A stretch of DNA of 64,000 nt from an uncultured virus (IMG/VR IMGVR_UViG_3300031963_000086). Its lineage: Duplodnaviria; Heunggongvirae; Uroviricota; Caudoviricetes. The notes below the pieces were generated by a model that worked only from the letters and a program-made list of their open reading frames with translations, searched no databases and was not told the DNA's origin. Shown in pieces: positions 8,896-18,523 of the stretch (position 1 is its first letter; every line of letters starts with the position of its first letter). The stretch lies in IMG/VR virus record IMGVR_UViG_3300031963_000086; one strand, written 5' to 3'. Made by a program: the position numbers and the translations under genes.

Positions 8896-9667
8896 TCAAT
8901 CAATGATGAAAGATTACGCCAACTACAAGCAAGGAGGCGAATGCGGACTTGTATTGAAGGCTAAGTATGTCAACAAAATAAATTTCCCATCTAGCGATGC
9001 TATGCGCCTTGGGCAATACTTTGAGTATGTGGCTACGGGCGGACTTCCCGCCTATGGCGATGGCACACCCCCCGAACCCGAATTGGTTTACAAGGGCAAA
9101 CCCAATGAGAAACTTTCCTCCGCCTACGAACGCGCCTACGGGAGTGCCGAGTTGTTCAACGCACTCATTAAGCAATTTGATATTGAGATTCTTGAGGTGG
9201 GTTGGAGAATGTTGAGCGATACCATGTCGGGAACGGCCGACTTACTTGTTAATTGGAACGGGCGTAAAGCGATTATTGACCTAAAGTATAGCGGGTTGGT
9301 AGATGACAAGTGGAACGATATGGGGTGGCATCAAGATTTCCTTTCCCAAAAAGACAAAATTATGATTCAAGGGGTGCATTATTCCATTCTTGCCGAAGAG
9401 ATATTGGGCGAACCCGTTGACTTTTACTTTTGGGTGTTTGCTACGCAAGACCCACGCGATATGCGCATATTCCATGAGATAATTGATGACACCAAAATTG
9501 AACTCCACAAACGCGGGGTTGAGAAAGTACGCGAGGGTATGACTTCGCTTATCGCCAACGATTCTTGGAAAGCCACGCCATCGCTACAAAAATGTATGGA
9601 TTGCCCCTTAGTGGACACTTGCCCAAGTGCTTTGTTATTGCCTACTATTGTACCAATTTACTATTGA
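8870..9667 (+). CDS. PD-(D/E)XK exonuclease, Cas4/RecB-like, probable 4Fe-4S ligands
   Basis: GTADLL..IIDLK, Q..HY, C-terminal CMDCPLVDTC plus an N-terminal Cys; upstream of RecT. Confidence 0.8.
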   Translation: METNGLKVSQSMMKDYANYKQGGECGLVLKAKYVNKINFPSSDAMRLGQYFEYVATGGLPAYGDGTPPEPELVYKGKPNEKLSSAYERAYGSAELFNALIKQFDIEILEVGWRMLSDTMSGTADLLVNWNGRKAIIDLKYSGLVDDKWNDMGWHQDFLSQKDKIMIQGVHYSILAEEILGEPVDFYFWVFATQDPRDMRIFHEIIDDTKIELHKRGVEKVREGMTSLIANDSWKATPSLQKCMDCPLVDTCPSALLLPTIVPIYY

Positions 9668-9668
9668 T

Positions 9669-9989
9669 ATGCGACAAATATCTACATCCAACATCATTCT
9701 AATAACTCTTTACCTACTAGGGTTTTTTGCGGTTTTATTCCTTGTGAATGCGTTTTTTGGCGAAATCACTACCCACTTGGGCAAGGTAAAAAGAAAGTAT
9801 GTAATCCAAAATGCTCAAGGGCAACTTTTTTATCGGGTGTCTATCGCCAACGATTCAAGTTTAATGGAAATTCAAACACAACCGAAGGACTACAAACAAA
9901 TCGAGGTTGGGGATTATGTGACCTACTATATCCGTAGGGGATTATTTAACAAACAAGTCATAGAACGATATAATGCAAAATTAAAATGA
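9669..9989 (+). CDS. Membrane-anchored hypothetical protein
   Basis: N-terminal hydrophobic helix followed by a small beta domain (KQIEVGDYV). Confidence 0.6.
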   Translation: MRQISTSNIILITLYLLGFFAVLFLVNAFFGEITTHLGKVKRKYVIQNAQGQLFYRVSIANDSSLMEIQTQPKDYKQIEVGDYVTYYIRRGLFNKQVIERYNAKLK

Positions 9990-10168
9990 GCGCACAAGAA
10001 TATTTTGAGGCACTTATGAGCCGTCACACCAAATTACAAGCGCGGGGCATAATTGAACACAAGTTGGTACAACTTGAAGCCAAAATGGATAAGCACGGGT
10101 TTACCCCCGAAGATTTAGCCGAAGAGCGACTATTAAAAGAAACGAAAAAACTAATCATAGAAAAATGA
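9986..10168 (+). CDS. Hypothetical protein
   Basis: Overlaps both neighbours by 4 nt. Confidence 0.55.
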   Translation: MSAQEYFEALMSRHTKLQARGIIEHKLVQLEAKMDKHGFTPEDLAEERLLKETKKLIIEK

Positions 10169-10932
10169 GCAAAGAAACCCTATCCCTATTGACCACCCAA
10201 ATGGATGCTTACGAGAAAAAAGTATTCAAGGACTTGTTGTCATCCCACAACATCAACACCGCCCAATTCAAACAAGTGGTGTTGACCGAGATTAAAAAGA
10301 ACCCGAAAATGATGGAAGCGTTTGTCAAGAACCCAACATCGCTTTTTGCTAGTATTATCTTTTGCGCTCAACTAGGCTTAATGCCGAGTGATGCTTTGGG
10401 TGAGTTCTATTTTGTTCCTTTCAAAGATTCTATCAAACCCATCATTGGCTACCAAGGTATCGTAACCATTTTGATGCGTAGCGGGTTTGTCCGTTCAATA
10501 AGCGCGGAGATAGTGTGTGAGGGCGATGAATTTGAGTATGAGTTGGGATTAGAGCCAAAGTTGATACATAAGCCCAAAGACCCCATTAGAAATGCGTTCA
10601 CGCTTACCTATGTGTATGTAGTGGCTACCTTATCCGATGGCACTAAACAATTCAAGGTGATGTCTAAAACGGAACTCCAACTACATATTGATTCGGGCAA
10701 GAACCCCAATGACTTGTATTGGAATATGAAAAAAGACCCGAACTTTTGGATGGTTAAAAAGATTGTTTTGAAGCAATTGTCAAAGTTGTTGCCAAAGGAC
10801 TATGTAGGTAAGATGGCGGTTAAGTATGACGATGCGGTAGAGGGCGGTAAGGTACTCTCACTTGATGACGATAACCAAATCGTTGTAGAAGAGCAAAAAG
10901 TTGTTACTATCTATGATAAAATGGAATCGTAG
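10165..10932 (+). CDS. recT: RecT-family single-strand annealing recombinase
   Basis: SLFASIIFCAQLGL.P, FYFVPF, IIGYQG, VCEGDEFEYELG, MVKKIVLKQLSKLLP. Confidence 0.9.
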   Translation: MSKETLSLLTTQMDAYEKKVFKDLLSSHNINTAQFKQVVLTEIKKNPKMMEAFVKNPTSLFASIIFCAQLGLMPSDALGEFYFVPFKDSIKPIIGYQGIVTILMRSGFVRSISAEIVCEGDEFEYELGLEPKLIHKPKDPIRNAFTLTYVYVVATLSDGTKQFKVMSKTELQLHIDSGKNPNDLYWNMKKDPNFWMVKKIVLKQLSKLLPKDYVGKMAVKYDDAVEGGKVLSLDDDNQIVVEEQKVVTIYDKMES

Positions 10933-10947
10933 TTGTAAATTTGCTCC

Positions 10948-11054
10948 GATGATACCAACAAAATTGGTAAAACCATTGAGTTAGATTGATTTAGTATTCT
11001 TTTGAATGGACTGTTCCTTCGCAAAAAAGCCACCCTTAAAAAAGGTGGTTTTTT
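10948..11054 (+). ncRNA. Candidate small RNA
   Basis: TAAATTTG box at 10936-10943 directly after the recT stop; ~100 nt without a credible ORF up to the terminator. Confidence 0.3.
11023..11054. terminator. Bidirectional terminator between converging early and structural modules
   Basis: AAAAAAGCCACC...GGTGGTTTTTT. Confidence 0.8.
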
Positions 11055-11056
11055 AT

Positions 11057-11419
11057 TTATACGGGGAAATCCAAACTACCAAACTCGTAATAATCCGAAC
11101 TCGTATAAATCGTTTGTAACGAACCAATCACCTCAAACCAAAACATACCCATGTTCAATTGGTTTAAGCCGTACACAAGCCCCGCAAATGAGCCATTCAT
11201 ATTACCTTGGATGGTATTGAATGTAGGCGCACCACTACGCTTCGCTTGAATCGTAAATGTGGCGTTAGCACCAAAGTTTACCAATGATGTGTCCCAAGTG
11301 TATAGCGTGTTTGCATTAACGCTATACCTATTAGGGTCTTGTAACCCACCAAACAACGAAATTTGCGTTGTAAACGATTGAGTATTCGTTATATTGATAT
11401 TGATTTGCTTGGTGGGCAT
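11057..11419 (-). CDS. Putative minor capsid/vertex protein
   Basis: N-terminal KQININITNT..FGG resembles QPYIINITNT..VLGS of the MCP candidate. Confidence 0.45.
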   Translation of the reverse strand: MPTKQININITNTQSFTTQISLFGGLQDPNRYSVNANTLYTWDTSLVNFGANATFTIQAKRSGAPTFNTIQGNMNGSFAGLVYGLNQLNMGMFWFEVIGSLQTIYTSSDYYEFGSLDFPV

Positions 11420-11422
11420 AGT

Positions 11423-14400
11423 TTATTGTACCTCCGTGATATTTAATGTCGCAACTACTTTTATAGTCAAGTTACCACCACCGCCAAAAGTGGGTGCGGT
11501 AAAGGTCATCACGAGTTCGTTCGATGCACCAACGCTATAACCCATTTGTGCCGAACTCATACCCGCATCCTCAAGTGCGATGGCACTATTTGGTGAACCC
11601 GAAAGTATTGTTGTTATTCCACCAACATTTTTAAGGCCAACTTCTTGTGTTTGAGTTTTAGAATCGTTGAGCAATACTCCCGTAGTTGTACCCGATGTGC
11701 CTACAACACGCGCACTATATTGAATCCGTATAGCCCATGTTTTAGCCGTAGGAGGAATAATCAAGTTGGTAGTACCCGTTCCATCCAACGAGAGAGTGAA
11801 TGTGCCTCCCGATACAATTGATGCACCCGCCCTTCTACTAATAAGCGTAGAAGTTTGAGAGTCACCTACAATGCTAAATTGACCACTAGATAAAGCGTTT
11901 TGAGCATAAAGATAAGAATAAGCATTAATACCAATGGTCGAAGAGAAACAAGATGTTGCGCAGTTACCATAACCACCTAATGCGGATGAACTATATGCGG
12001 ATGCCGTGTTACCACAACCCCCTAAAATTGCCGAGTAGCATCCCGATGATGTATTACCACATCCACCCAATACGGATGAATAAGCACCCGTGGCGCAGTT
12101 ATTTGTACCACCCCCAATGAATGCCCCCGTATTACCCGCGCAGTTAGAAAATCCACTTACTATACCACTATATAATGAAATAGCGCAGTTAAAAGCACCG
12201 CCAACAACTACTGACCTACCGCAACAAGTAATGTTTGAAAAACCCCCCAAAACTGCTGATTGGCAACCCAATGCAGAATTTCCTCTTCCTCCCGCAACAA
12301 TTGTATCTCCATTACTCGCTATGTTAGCAACACCCGCAAATACCGACCCATAGCAACCACTTGCGGTATTTGCATACCCTCCTCCTATAGTACTGATTTG
12401 ACCCGTAGCATTATTTGCGCCTCCTCCTAAAACTGAAGTATAATCATTTGAAGCAGTATTTGCCCTTCCTCCCGCTATAGTTGACCTACAACAAGAAGCA
12501 GTATTAAGAGTTCCTCCCCCAACAAAAGCAAAACGACACGTTGCTTTATTATCAGAACCTCCACCTACAAATGAATTATCACCCGTAGCACAATTGCTTT
12601 GTCCCGCTACTACTCCGCTATATGTACCCGTGGCAATGTTACAACGTCCACCTAATATCGATGCCCAACATCCGTTTAAAACTTGGTTAAGACAACCAAA
12701 TGCAATTCCCGAACCACAAGCGTTATTGCAAATTAAGTTACCTCTACCCGCACCAATAGTTGAATATTGAGCATTGCAACAGATACAGTTAAAACTACCA
12801 CCACTAATCGTTGAATTATAGTTAGTATTTCCGCAAATTATATTTAAAATACCACCACCAATAGTATTACCAACTGATTCTGTTTTATTACAATAACCAC
12901 CCGATATAGTTGAAGCCACAGTTGCATAATTACAACATCCACCACCTACTACCGCGAACCCCTCCGCACTATTTTTGAAACCACCACCAATACTTGGGAA
13001 GGAATATCCACTAAACGTAATATTGCCAACTCCACCACTTATTGTAGAAGCATAACTCCTCGACAAGTTTGCACAACCGCCTCCGACCATTGAGAAAACC
13101 CCCGTGGAGCAATTCGCACAACCACCAAGAACAGATGTCCAATCATTACTTGCTTGGTTACTTTGACCCCCACCTATAATTGAGCAATAACCACTTGCGA
13201 TGTTTAATACACCACCTACTACTACGGAGTTATCACCACTAACAGTATTTTGACAACCCGCACCAATAAATGCATTTGGACGAGTTGTGTTATTTAATTG
13301 TCCCGCAAAAATGTTTGATTGATTTGTTGTTTTGTTGCATTTACCCGCAAAAATAAAACTTCCCGCAGAAGGGTCAAAACCAACACCAATGGCGCAATTG
13401 CAACAACCACCACCAACTCCCGAATTATAACCACTTACAATATTACAACTACCACCTAAAATAAAAGACGCAAATCTTGCATCACCACAAATTCGGTTAG
13501 AAATACCTCCTCCTATAAACGCACCTTGTTGAGTAGTAATACTACCATCTACAAGGTTACTTAATCCACCTACAATTGTAATTCCTTGTTGATTGCCATC
13601 ATCATATCCGTTGCAAATAATATTACCCACACCACCTCCTATAAATGCATATAAAGAGTTTGTAGTTTTATTTGAAACACCACCAACAATTACACTACCA
13701 CATCTTGTTCCCGATACGCAATTATTTTGTCCCGCTACAACCGCACTATAAATGTTTGTGGCTTTGTTTGTCAAACCACCGCCTATAAACGAATAATTAC
13801 CCGATAATACATGACCTTGACCGCCAACTATAGATGAATGACATCCACAATTTATTGAACACCTACCTCCTACAATAATGCTATCTAGTGCGGTCGCGGA
13901 ATTGACTGAACCCGTACCAACAAATGAATAATCACCACTTGCGGTTATTGATGCCCCAGAACCTACAAACGAAAGAAGACCACAAGATACGTTTTGCGTA
14001 CCCCCAACAACAATTGAATAATCACAAGTTGCTTGATTAGAAAAACCACCTCCAATAAAAGAACGAGTACCACTCGCGGTACTACTACCACCATTAACTA
14101 CGCTACTTGCATAACCCGTTGCTCGGTTAGCGCAACCACCTACTACGTTTGAAAAAATGCCCGTGGCGCAGTTACCACAACCTCCAAGAACGGATGTCCA
14201 AGAACAACACGCTCGGTTACTTTGACCTCCACCAATAATTGAAAAGTAACCACTTGCCGTGTTTCCTTGACCTCCACCAACAAAAGAATATTGCGCACTT
14301 ACCGTATTTTGTAAACCACCAGAAATTGCGGAATAACAAGTGCTTGACACATTAGATTTTCCACCACCAATAAAATTAGCATATCCACTTGCGGTGTTAT

Positions 14401-16033
14401 TCGTACCCGCACCAACTAAGCCATATCTTCCACTTGAGGTGTTATTACGACCACCAACTACGGCTGAAAAATAATCCGAAGATGCCGTGTTAATTTCACC
14501 ACCAACAACAACATTTCCTTTTCCAACACAAGCCTTATTACACGCACCACCTCCAACAAAAGAACATACTCCTAAAGCATTATTTCCATTACCCCCACCT
14601 ACAAACGAGGAGATACCACTAGATAGGTTTGCGCAACCACCAACAACGCTTGAGAAAACTCCCGTAGCGCAGTTAACAAAACCACCTACTAAGGATGCAA
14701 AATCTCCACTACCAATGTTACTACAACCACCTACTACTAATGATGCACAACCACACGCTCTATTGTTTTGACCACTACCAATAAACGATAAACCTCCCGT
14801 TGTAATATTGGATTGTCCCGAACCAATGAATGAAGTAGTAGAACAACTTTGGTTATTAAATCCCGAAACGACACTTGAAAAAGTACCCGCGTTAGATATA
14901 CTATTACCATAGCCACCACTTATAGTTGACCAACTACCCGATGCCGTATTTTTTTGACCTCCTAAAATTGCACTACCACAAGTATTAGCCGTATTTTCTG
15001 CACCCCCACCTACGAACGTACAAACCTCACTTGCCCTATTATTCCGACCCCCACCAACAAATGAATTAGAAAGATTCGCGCAATTTGAAAAACCGCCAAC
15101 TACCGAACTAAATGCACCGATGGCTTGGTTAAGTTGACCACCACCTACTATGGAACAAGCACCACAAGCCCTATTCGATGAACCACCAACAACAATAGAA
15201 TTATTACCACTTGCGGTATTACAACATCCCGCACCTACAAAAACATATTGATTACTACTTGTATTTAAATATCCTCCCGAAATAGTGGAATATCCTCCCG
15301 AATTATTGTTACGAAAACCACCACCGACAACACCCGCAGTATTACTAACTATATTACAACCTCCTCCAATAATAGAACCCCATTTCCCCGTATTGTTATT
15401 TAATTGACCACCACCAATAATTGAATAGCAACTACTTATAGTATTGGTACTACCACCAACAACAACCGAGTAATTAGAACTTGTTAATGTATTCAAATCC
15501 CCCCCACCTAAGAAACTACTTCCGCTACAAATACCAACATTACAATATCCCGCACCAATAAATGTGTAAGCACTAAACGACAATTTATTTAAATAACCAC
15601 CACCAATTACACTTGGCCCCGCATTACCACCGCAAATTGTGTTAGCCATACCACCGCCAATAACACTCGCTTTTCTTCCCGCATTGCTAACTTGAGAAAT
15701 TGTATTGTTACAACCGCCACCAATAAAATGGTTAAAACCACAAGTAATTTGGTTAGATTCACCACCCGAAATACTACTAAATGGCACTAGAACGCTATTT
15801 GCGCAACCACCACCAATATTAGAAAAATTCCCCAATGCAATATTACCCGTACCCCTTAATTGAGCCGAGCAAGTTCCCGTACCATATTCATACGGAGTTT
15901 GGGAACTTACAAAGTCCCCTATACAAGCATTTTTAGTAATGTTTGCATCGCTATCCCATACGGGTAGTAAGTAACATGATTTTATATAGGCGGAGGATAA
16001 TGATGATAATCCCGCAATAGTTTTATTTGCCAT
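11423..16033 (-). CDS. Giant Gly/Cys/Asn-rich beta-helix spike/fibre (1536 aa)
   Basis: Dozens of ~15-aa repeats (S.I.GG..N.A.G..) with a non-repetitive C-terminal head domain. Confidence 0.8.
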   Translation of the reverse strand: MANKTIAGLSSLSSAYIKSCYLLPVWDSDANITKNACIGDFVSSQTPYEYGTGTCSAQLRGTGNIALGNFSNIGGGCANSVLVPFSSISGGESNQITCGFNHFIGGGCNNTISQVSNAGRKASVIGGGMANTICGGNAGPSVIGGGYLNKLSFSAYTFIGAGYCNVGICSGSSFLGGGDLNTLTSSNYSVVVGGSTNTISSCYSIIGGGQLNNNTGKWGSIIGGGCNIVSNTAGVVGGGFRNNNSGGYSTISGGYLNTSSNQYVFVGAGCCNTASGNNSIVVGGSSNRACGACSIVGGGQLNQAIGAFSSVVGGFSNCANLSNSFVGGGRNNRASEVCTFVGGGAENTANTCGSAILGGQKNTASGSWSTISGGYGNSISNAGTFSSVVSGFNNQSCSTTSFIGSGQSNITTGGLSFIGSGQNNRACGCASLVVGGCSNIGSGDFASLVGGFVNCATGVFSSVVGGCANLSSGISSFVGGGNGNNALGVCSFVGGGACNKACVGKGNVVVGGEINTASSDYFSAVVGGRNNTSSGRYGLVGAGTNNTASGYANFIGGGKSNVSSTCYSAISGGLQNTVSAQYSFVGGGQGNTASGYFSIIGGGQSNRACCSWTSVLGGCGNCATGIFSNVVGGCANRATGYASSVVNGGSSTASGTRSFIGGGFSNQATCDYSIVVGGTQNVSCGLLSFVGSGASITASGDYSFVGTGSVNSATALDSIIVGGRCSINCGCHSSIVGGQGHVLSGNYSFIGGGLTNKATNIYSAVVAGQNNCVSGTRCGSVIVGGVSNKTTNSLYAFIGGGVGNIICNGYDDGNQQGITIVGGLSNLVDGSITTQQGAFIGGGISNRICGDARFASFILGGSCNIVSGYNSGVGGGCCNCAIGVGFDPSAGSFIFAGKCNKTTNQSNIFAGQLNNTTRPNAFIGAGCQNTVSGDNSVVVGGVLNIASGYCSIIGGGQSNQASNDWTSVLGGCANCSTGVFSMVGGGCANLSRSYASTISGGVGNITFSGYSFPSIGGGFKNSAEGFAVVGGGCCNYATVASTISGGYCNKTESVGNTIGGGILNIICGNTNYNSTISGGSFNCICCNAQYSTIGAGRGNLICNNACGSGIAFGCLNQVLNGCWASILGGRCNIATGTYSGVVAGQSNCATGDNSFVGGGSDNKATCRFAFVGGGTLNTASCCRSTIAGGRANTASNDYTSVLGGGANNATGQISTIGGGYANTASGCYGSVFAGVANIASNGDTIVAGGRGNSALGCQSAVLGGFSNITCCGRSVVVGGAFNCAISLYSGIVSGFSNCAGNTGAFIGGGTNNCATGAYSSVLGGCGNTSSGCYSAILGGCGNTASAYSSSALGGYGNCATSCFSSTIGINAYSYLYAQNALSSGQFSIVGDSQTSTLISRRAGASIVSGGTFTLSLDGTGTTNLIIPPTAKTWAIRIQYSARVVGTSGTTTGVLLNDSKTQTQEVGLKNVGGITTILSGSPNSAIALEDAGMSSAQMGYSVGASNELVMTFTAPTFGGGGNLTIKVVATLNITEVQ

Positions 16034-16094
16034 CGTTAGTTAATTTCAAATTTAGGTTGGGCAACTCTTTGCCCCGTGAACAACTAATAACATA

Positions 16095-16241
16095 TTACGA
16101 GATAAGGATGAATCCCCCACTCGCCTCAATAATGAAAAAATCGGTAGGTGAGTTACTCCACAATAGTACATTGTCGGGCAACCCCCCACCAAAATTTTGT
16201 TGAAACCCAATCGCGTTGATAAATGCAAGTCCTATGGGCAT
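16095..16241 (-). CDS. Small hypothetical protein (48 aa, MPIGLAFINAIGF...), not in the ORF track
   Basis: Manually translated; A-rich leader; lies between the spike-base and fibre genes. Confidence 0.55.
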   Translation of the reverse strand: MPIGLAFINAIGFQQNFGGGLPDNVLLWSNSPTDFFIIEASGGFILIS

Positions 16242-16250
16242 AATTGTTTT

Positions 16251-16517
16251 TTAATAAACCGCAATAAAATTAGATGCGGTGGTGTCCGTTGACCATAACT
16301 TTTTAATTTGTATGGGCATGAATGTTCCACCTTGAACATTGGTAAATGTCACGATTTGACCACTTACCATAGTTACCTTTAAATTGCCCGTAGTTCCTAC
16401 ATACGGACAAACCCCATTGTCAAGTCCCTCAATAGGCAAACCACCCAAGGTGATATTGTTATTGTCATCGGGGGTAATGGTTTCGGCATTAAGTCCTTGG
16501 AGCGTATTAACGGGCAT
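16251..16517 (-). CDS. Head-spike base protein-like (RcGTA Rcc01079 family)
   Basis: YVGTTGNLKVTM.SG..VTF..V.GG.FMPIQIKKLWSTDTTAS pattern. Confidence 0.65.
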   Translation of the reverse strand: MPVNTLQGLNAETITPDDNNNITLGGLPIEGLDNGVCPYVGTTGNLKVTMVSGQIVTFTNVQGGTFMPIQIKKLWSTDTTASNFIAVY

Positions 16518-16521
16518 GGTA

Positions 16522-16833
16522 TTAAGGTTCTAAAGTTACGATGGTACAAGTTCCCGTACCGATAACCGCTTCAATTTGAGCGATACATTGGTTGGTGATG
16601 TCGGTCGCCAATTGAGTTCCCCAAAAGGTTTCCGCACTAATAGTCAATCCGCAACGTGATGGCAACTCTTGAATGTTCAAAGATTGCTTACCCGCCAAAT
16701 AATCCGCTTCGCTCTTGTAGTAAGCGATGTTAACCCACTGGTCGCCAATTAGATAGATAGATAGAAATCCGAAACACTCCGTGACGGCAAAACCCTCTTG
16801 GGTTACTAATGGTTTGTTAATTTGAATAGCCAT
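16522..16833 (-). CDS. Hypothetical fibre-associated protein
   Basis: 103-aa ORF; TATCTTTG box at 16870-16877. Confidence 0.6.
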   Translation of the reverse strand: MAIQINKPLVTQEGFAVTECFGFLSIYLIGDQWVNIAYYKSEADYLAGKQSLNIQELPSRCGLTISAETFWGTQLATDITNQCIAQIEAVIGTGTCTIVTLEP

Positions 16834-16878
16834 AATTTATAGTTTTATTTTTTTATTTGTTTGTTTGTTCAAAGATAA

Positions 16879-17328
16879 TTAAAAATCATTAATATAATCT
16901 TGGAGGAACTCTATGTCATCAAAGTTGGTTTGACCCGCCATTAAATCGTTTTGACCGAATGTTTCCACATCAATTCGATAGTTCACACTTGTATTGCCCT
17001 CAATAGATGCAAAGTACGCATTGTTACTATCAAAGATATAGTCAAGCCCCATTAACGATTGATTCAAAGATGATTGTTCTTGATATGGGTCAATCATCAT
17101 TTGTAGGTTCATTTCGTGCTTATCCCCATACTTGTTAAACTTTCTCAATTTAACGGGTTGTAGCAATTGCGAAAAACTTGATGCTTTTTGGTATATGTTC
17201 TTTACTAGGTAGTTGAACGATGTACCGATACTCGCTTGTATTTCCGCATAAGACGTACCACTCGCCCCCGTAACGCTTACGATAGGTGTTGCTTGGGTTG
17301 TGACGATAGGCGCAATACTAGTAGGCAT
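16879..17328 (-). CDS. Paralog of the major-capsid candidate (minor capsid protein?)
   Basis: YQKASSFSQLLQPV..FNKYGD..IDPYQEQSS versus YIQSASSTQLLETI..KDANGN..IDPYQQQST in 32367-33062. Confidence 0.65.
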   Translation of the reverse strand: MPTSIAPIVTTQATPIVSVTGASGTSYAEIQASIGTSFNYLVKNIYQKASSFSQLLQPVKLRKFNKYGDKHEMNLQMMIDPYQEQSSLNQSLMGLDYIFDSNNAYFASIEGNTSVNYRIDVETFGQNDLMAGQTNFDDIEFLQDYINDF

Positions 17329-17648
17329 TATTTGGTCATTAATACATCCGTGCCATCGGTAGTTCGGGCAACAAACTTACCATTTTTGGTCTTGAAAACC
17401 CGTAGCCCATACTCTTCGGCAAAGATGGAGTTCAACTTATCCAACTCCGCTTTCTTTTCTCCCGCTTCCATCGCATTCAAATACGCATCCAACACCACTT
17501 TGGCGTTATCCATATTTTTGAGTTTGCCATTGTCGGCTACCTTGGGGCTTCCTACGCCCTTTTTGTTACGGGGCAATAGAAAAAACAAACCCACGGCAAC
17601 AATGCCGACTATCAATAAGCCCTCTTTTACGTTTTGTGGGATATTCAT
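17328..17648 (-). CDS. Single-TM membrane protein
   Basis: N-terminal TM followed by basic residues. Confidence 0.65.
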   Translation of the reverse strand: MNIPQNVKEGLLIVGIVAVGLFFLLPRNKKGVGSPKVADNGKLKNMDNAKVVLDAYLNAMEAGEKKAELDKLNSIFAEEYGLRVFKTKNGKFVARTTDGTDVLMTK

Positions 17649-17649
17649 T

Positions 17650-18021
17650 TTACGCTTTTTTACGCCTAATTAATACGAAAGTCGCAACACCAAGCACCAA
17701 CACAAATACGCCCAACCCAATGTAAAGGGGTAAGCGTTTGCTTTTTTCCTTTTGCTTAATCGCATTTTCAATCAATGCAAGTTTGGCTTGTTTGTCTTGT
17801 GTCTTGAGCAATTGCTCGTTCAATTTGCGTTGCTCTTCAATAGTGAGCAAACCCAACTTCTCTTGTAGTTGAGTTTGTTGTTTAGCACTATAAACACCAA
17901 CCGCGGTGCTTCCTAGAGTGGCAAGTATTTGCCCTACTATTGGCCCGTAAGCCGAAACTTTTTGTGCGGTGTTAGCAATTTTTTCCGCCTTGTCAACATT
18001 GCTATTATTCTCGTTAGCCAT
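17650..18021 (-). CDS. Membrane protein with C-terminal TM + RRKK
   Basis: Coiled coil, C-terminal TM and basic tail. Confidence 0.65.
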   Translation of the reverse strand: MANENNSNVDKAEKIANTAQKVSAYGPIVGQILATLGSTAVGVYSAKQQTQLQEKLGLLTIEEQRKLNEQLLKTQDKQAKLALIENAIKQKEKSKRLPLYIGLGVFVLVLGVATFVLIRRKKA

Positions 18022-18293
18022 TAATTTTTTTCCTCCAATTTTGTTAATTTACCTCGTGTTTCTTGCTTAAAGTCCGAATACCCCTCTTTTAGGTATTCAA
18101 TATCCTTTCCTTGTTGCGCCATCATGACTTTCATTTCGTTGATGTTAACCATCAAACTTTTCAAATCTTGATATAGCGAAATCAATAAAAATGATACAAC
18201 GCCCATCATTACCCTTAAAAACCAAGTCCACAAAGTTGCGGTACTAAAATCGGCCTCCTTACGAATAGTCATAGTTCTATTAAGCAATAACAT
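18021..18293 (-). CDS. TM + coiled-coil protein (holin-like)
   Basis: One TM followed by heptads; start uncertain. Confidence 0.45.
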   Translation of the reverse strand: MLLLNRTMTIRKEADFSTATLWTWFLRVMMGVVSFLLISLYQDLKSLMVNINEMKVMMAQQGKDIEYLKEGYSDFKQETRGKLTKLEEKN

Positions 18294-18340
18294 AAAGTTA
18301 TCACAAAAATATACTATTCCATTGATTAAACAATACTACC

Positions 18341-18523
18341 CTATTTGGGTACTTTTTGCCATAATAACTCATGCGCTAGGTACAAAATGGGTTTCCATAA
18401 AAGTTCGGACATCCCCACCATTGCGCTAGTTTTAATCTCGCCCGTGAAAATATAAGTGATGGCAAATGTAGAAACACTACCTATCAAACGATAGGTAATG
18501 GTTTTGTAAATGGCTCTTTTCAC
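18341..18523 (-). CDS. DUF2061 membrane protein
   Basis: KRAIYKTITYRLIGS..TG......LYLAHE.LW; GTG start overlapping the upstream stop. Confidence 0.75.
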   Translation of the reverse strand: MKRAIYKTITYRLIGSVSTFAITYIFTGEIKTSAMVGMSELLWKPILYLAHELLWQKVPK

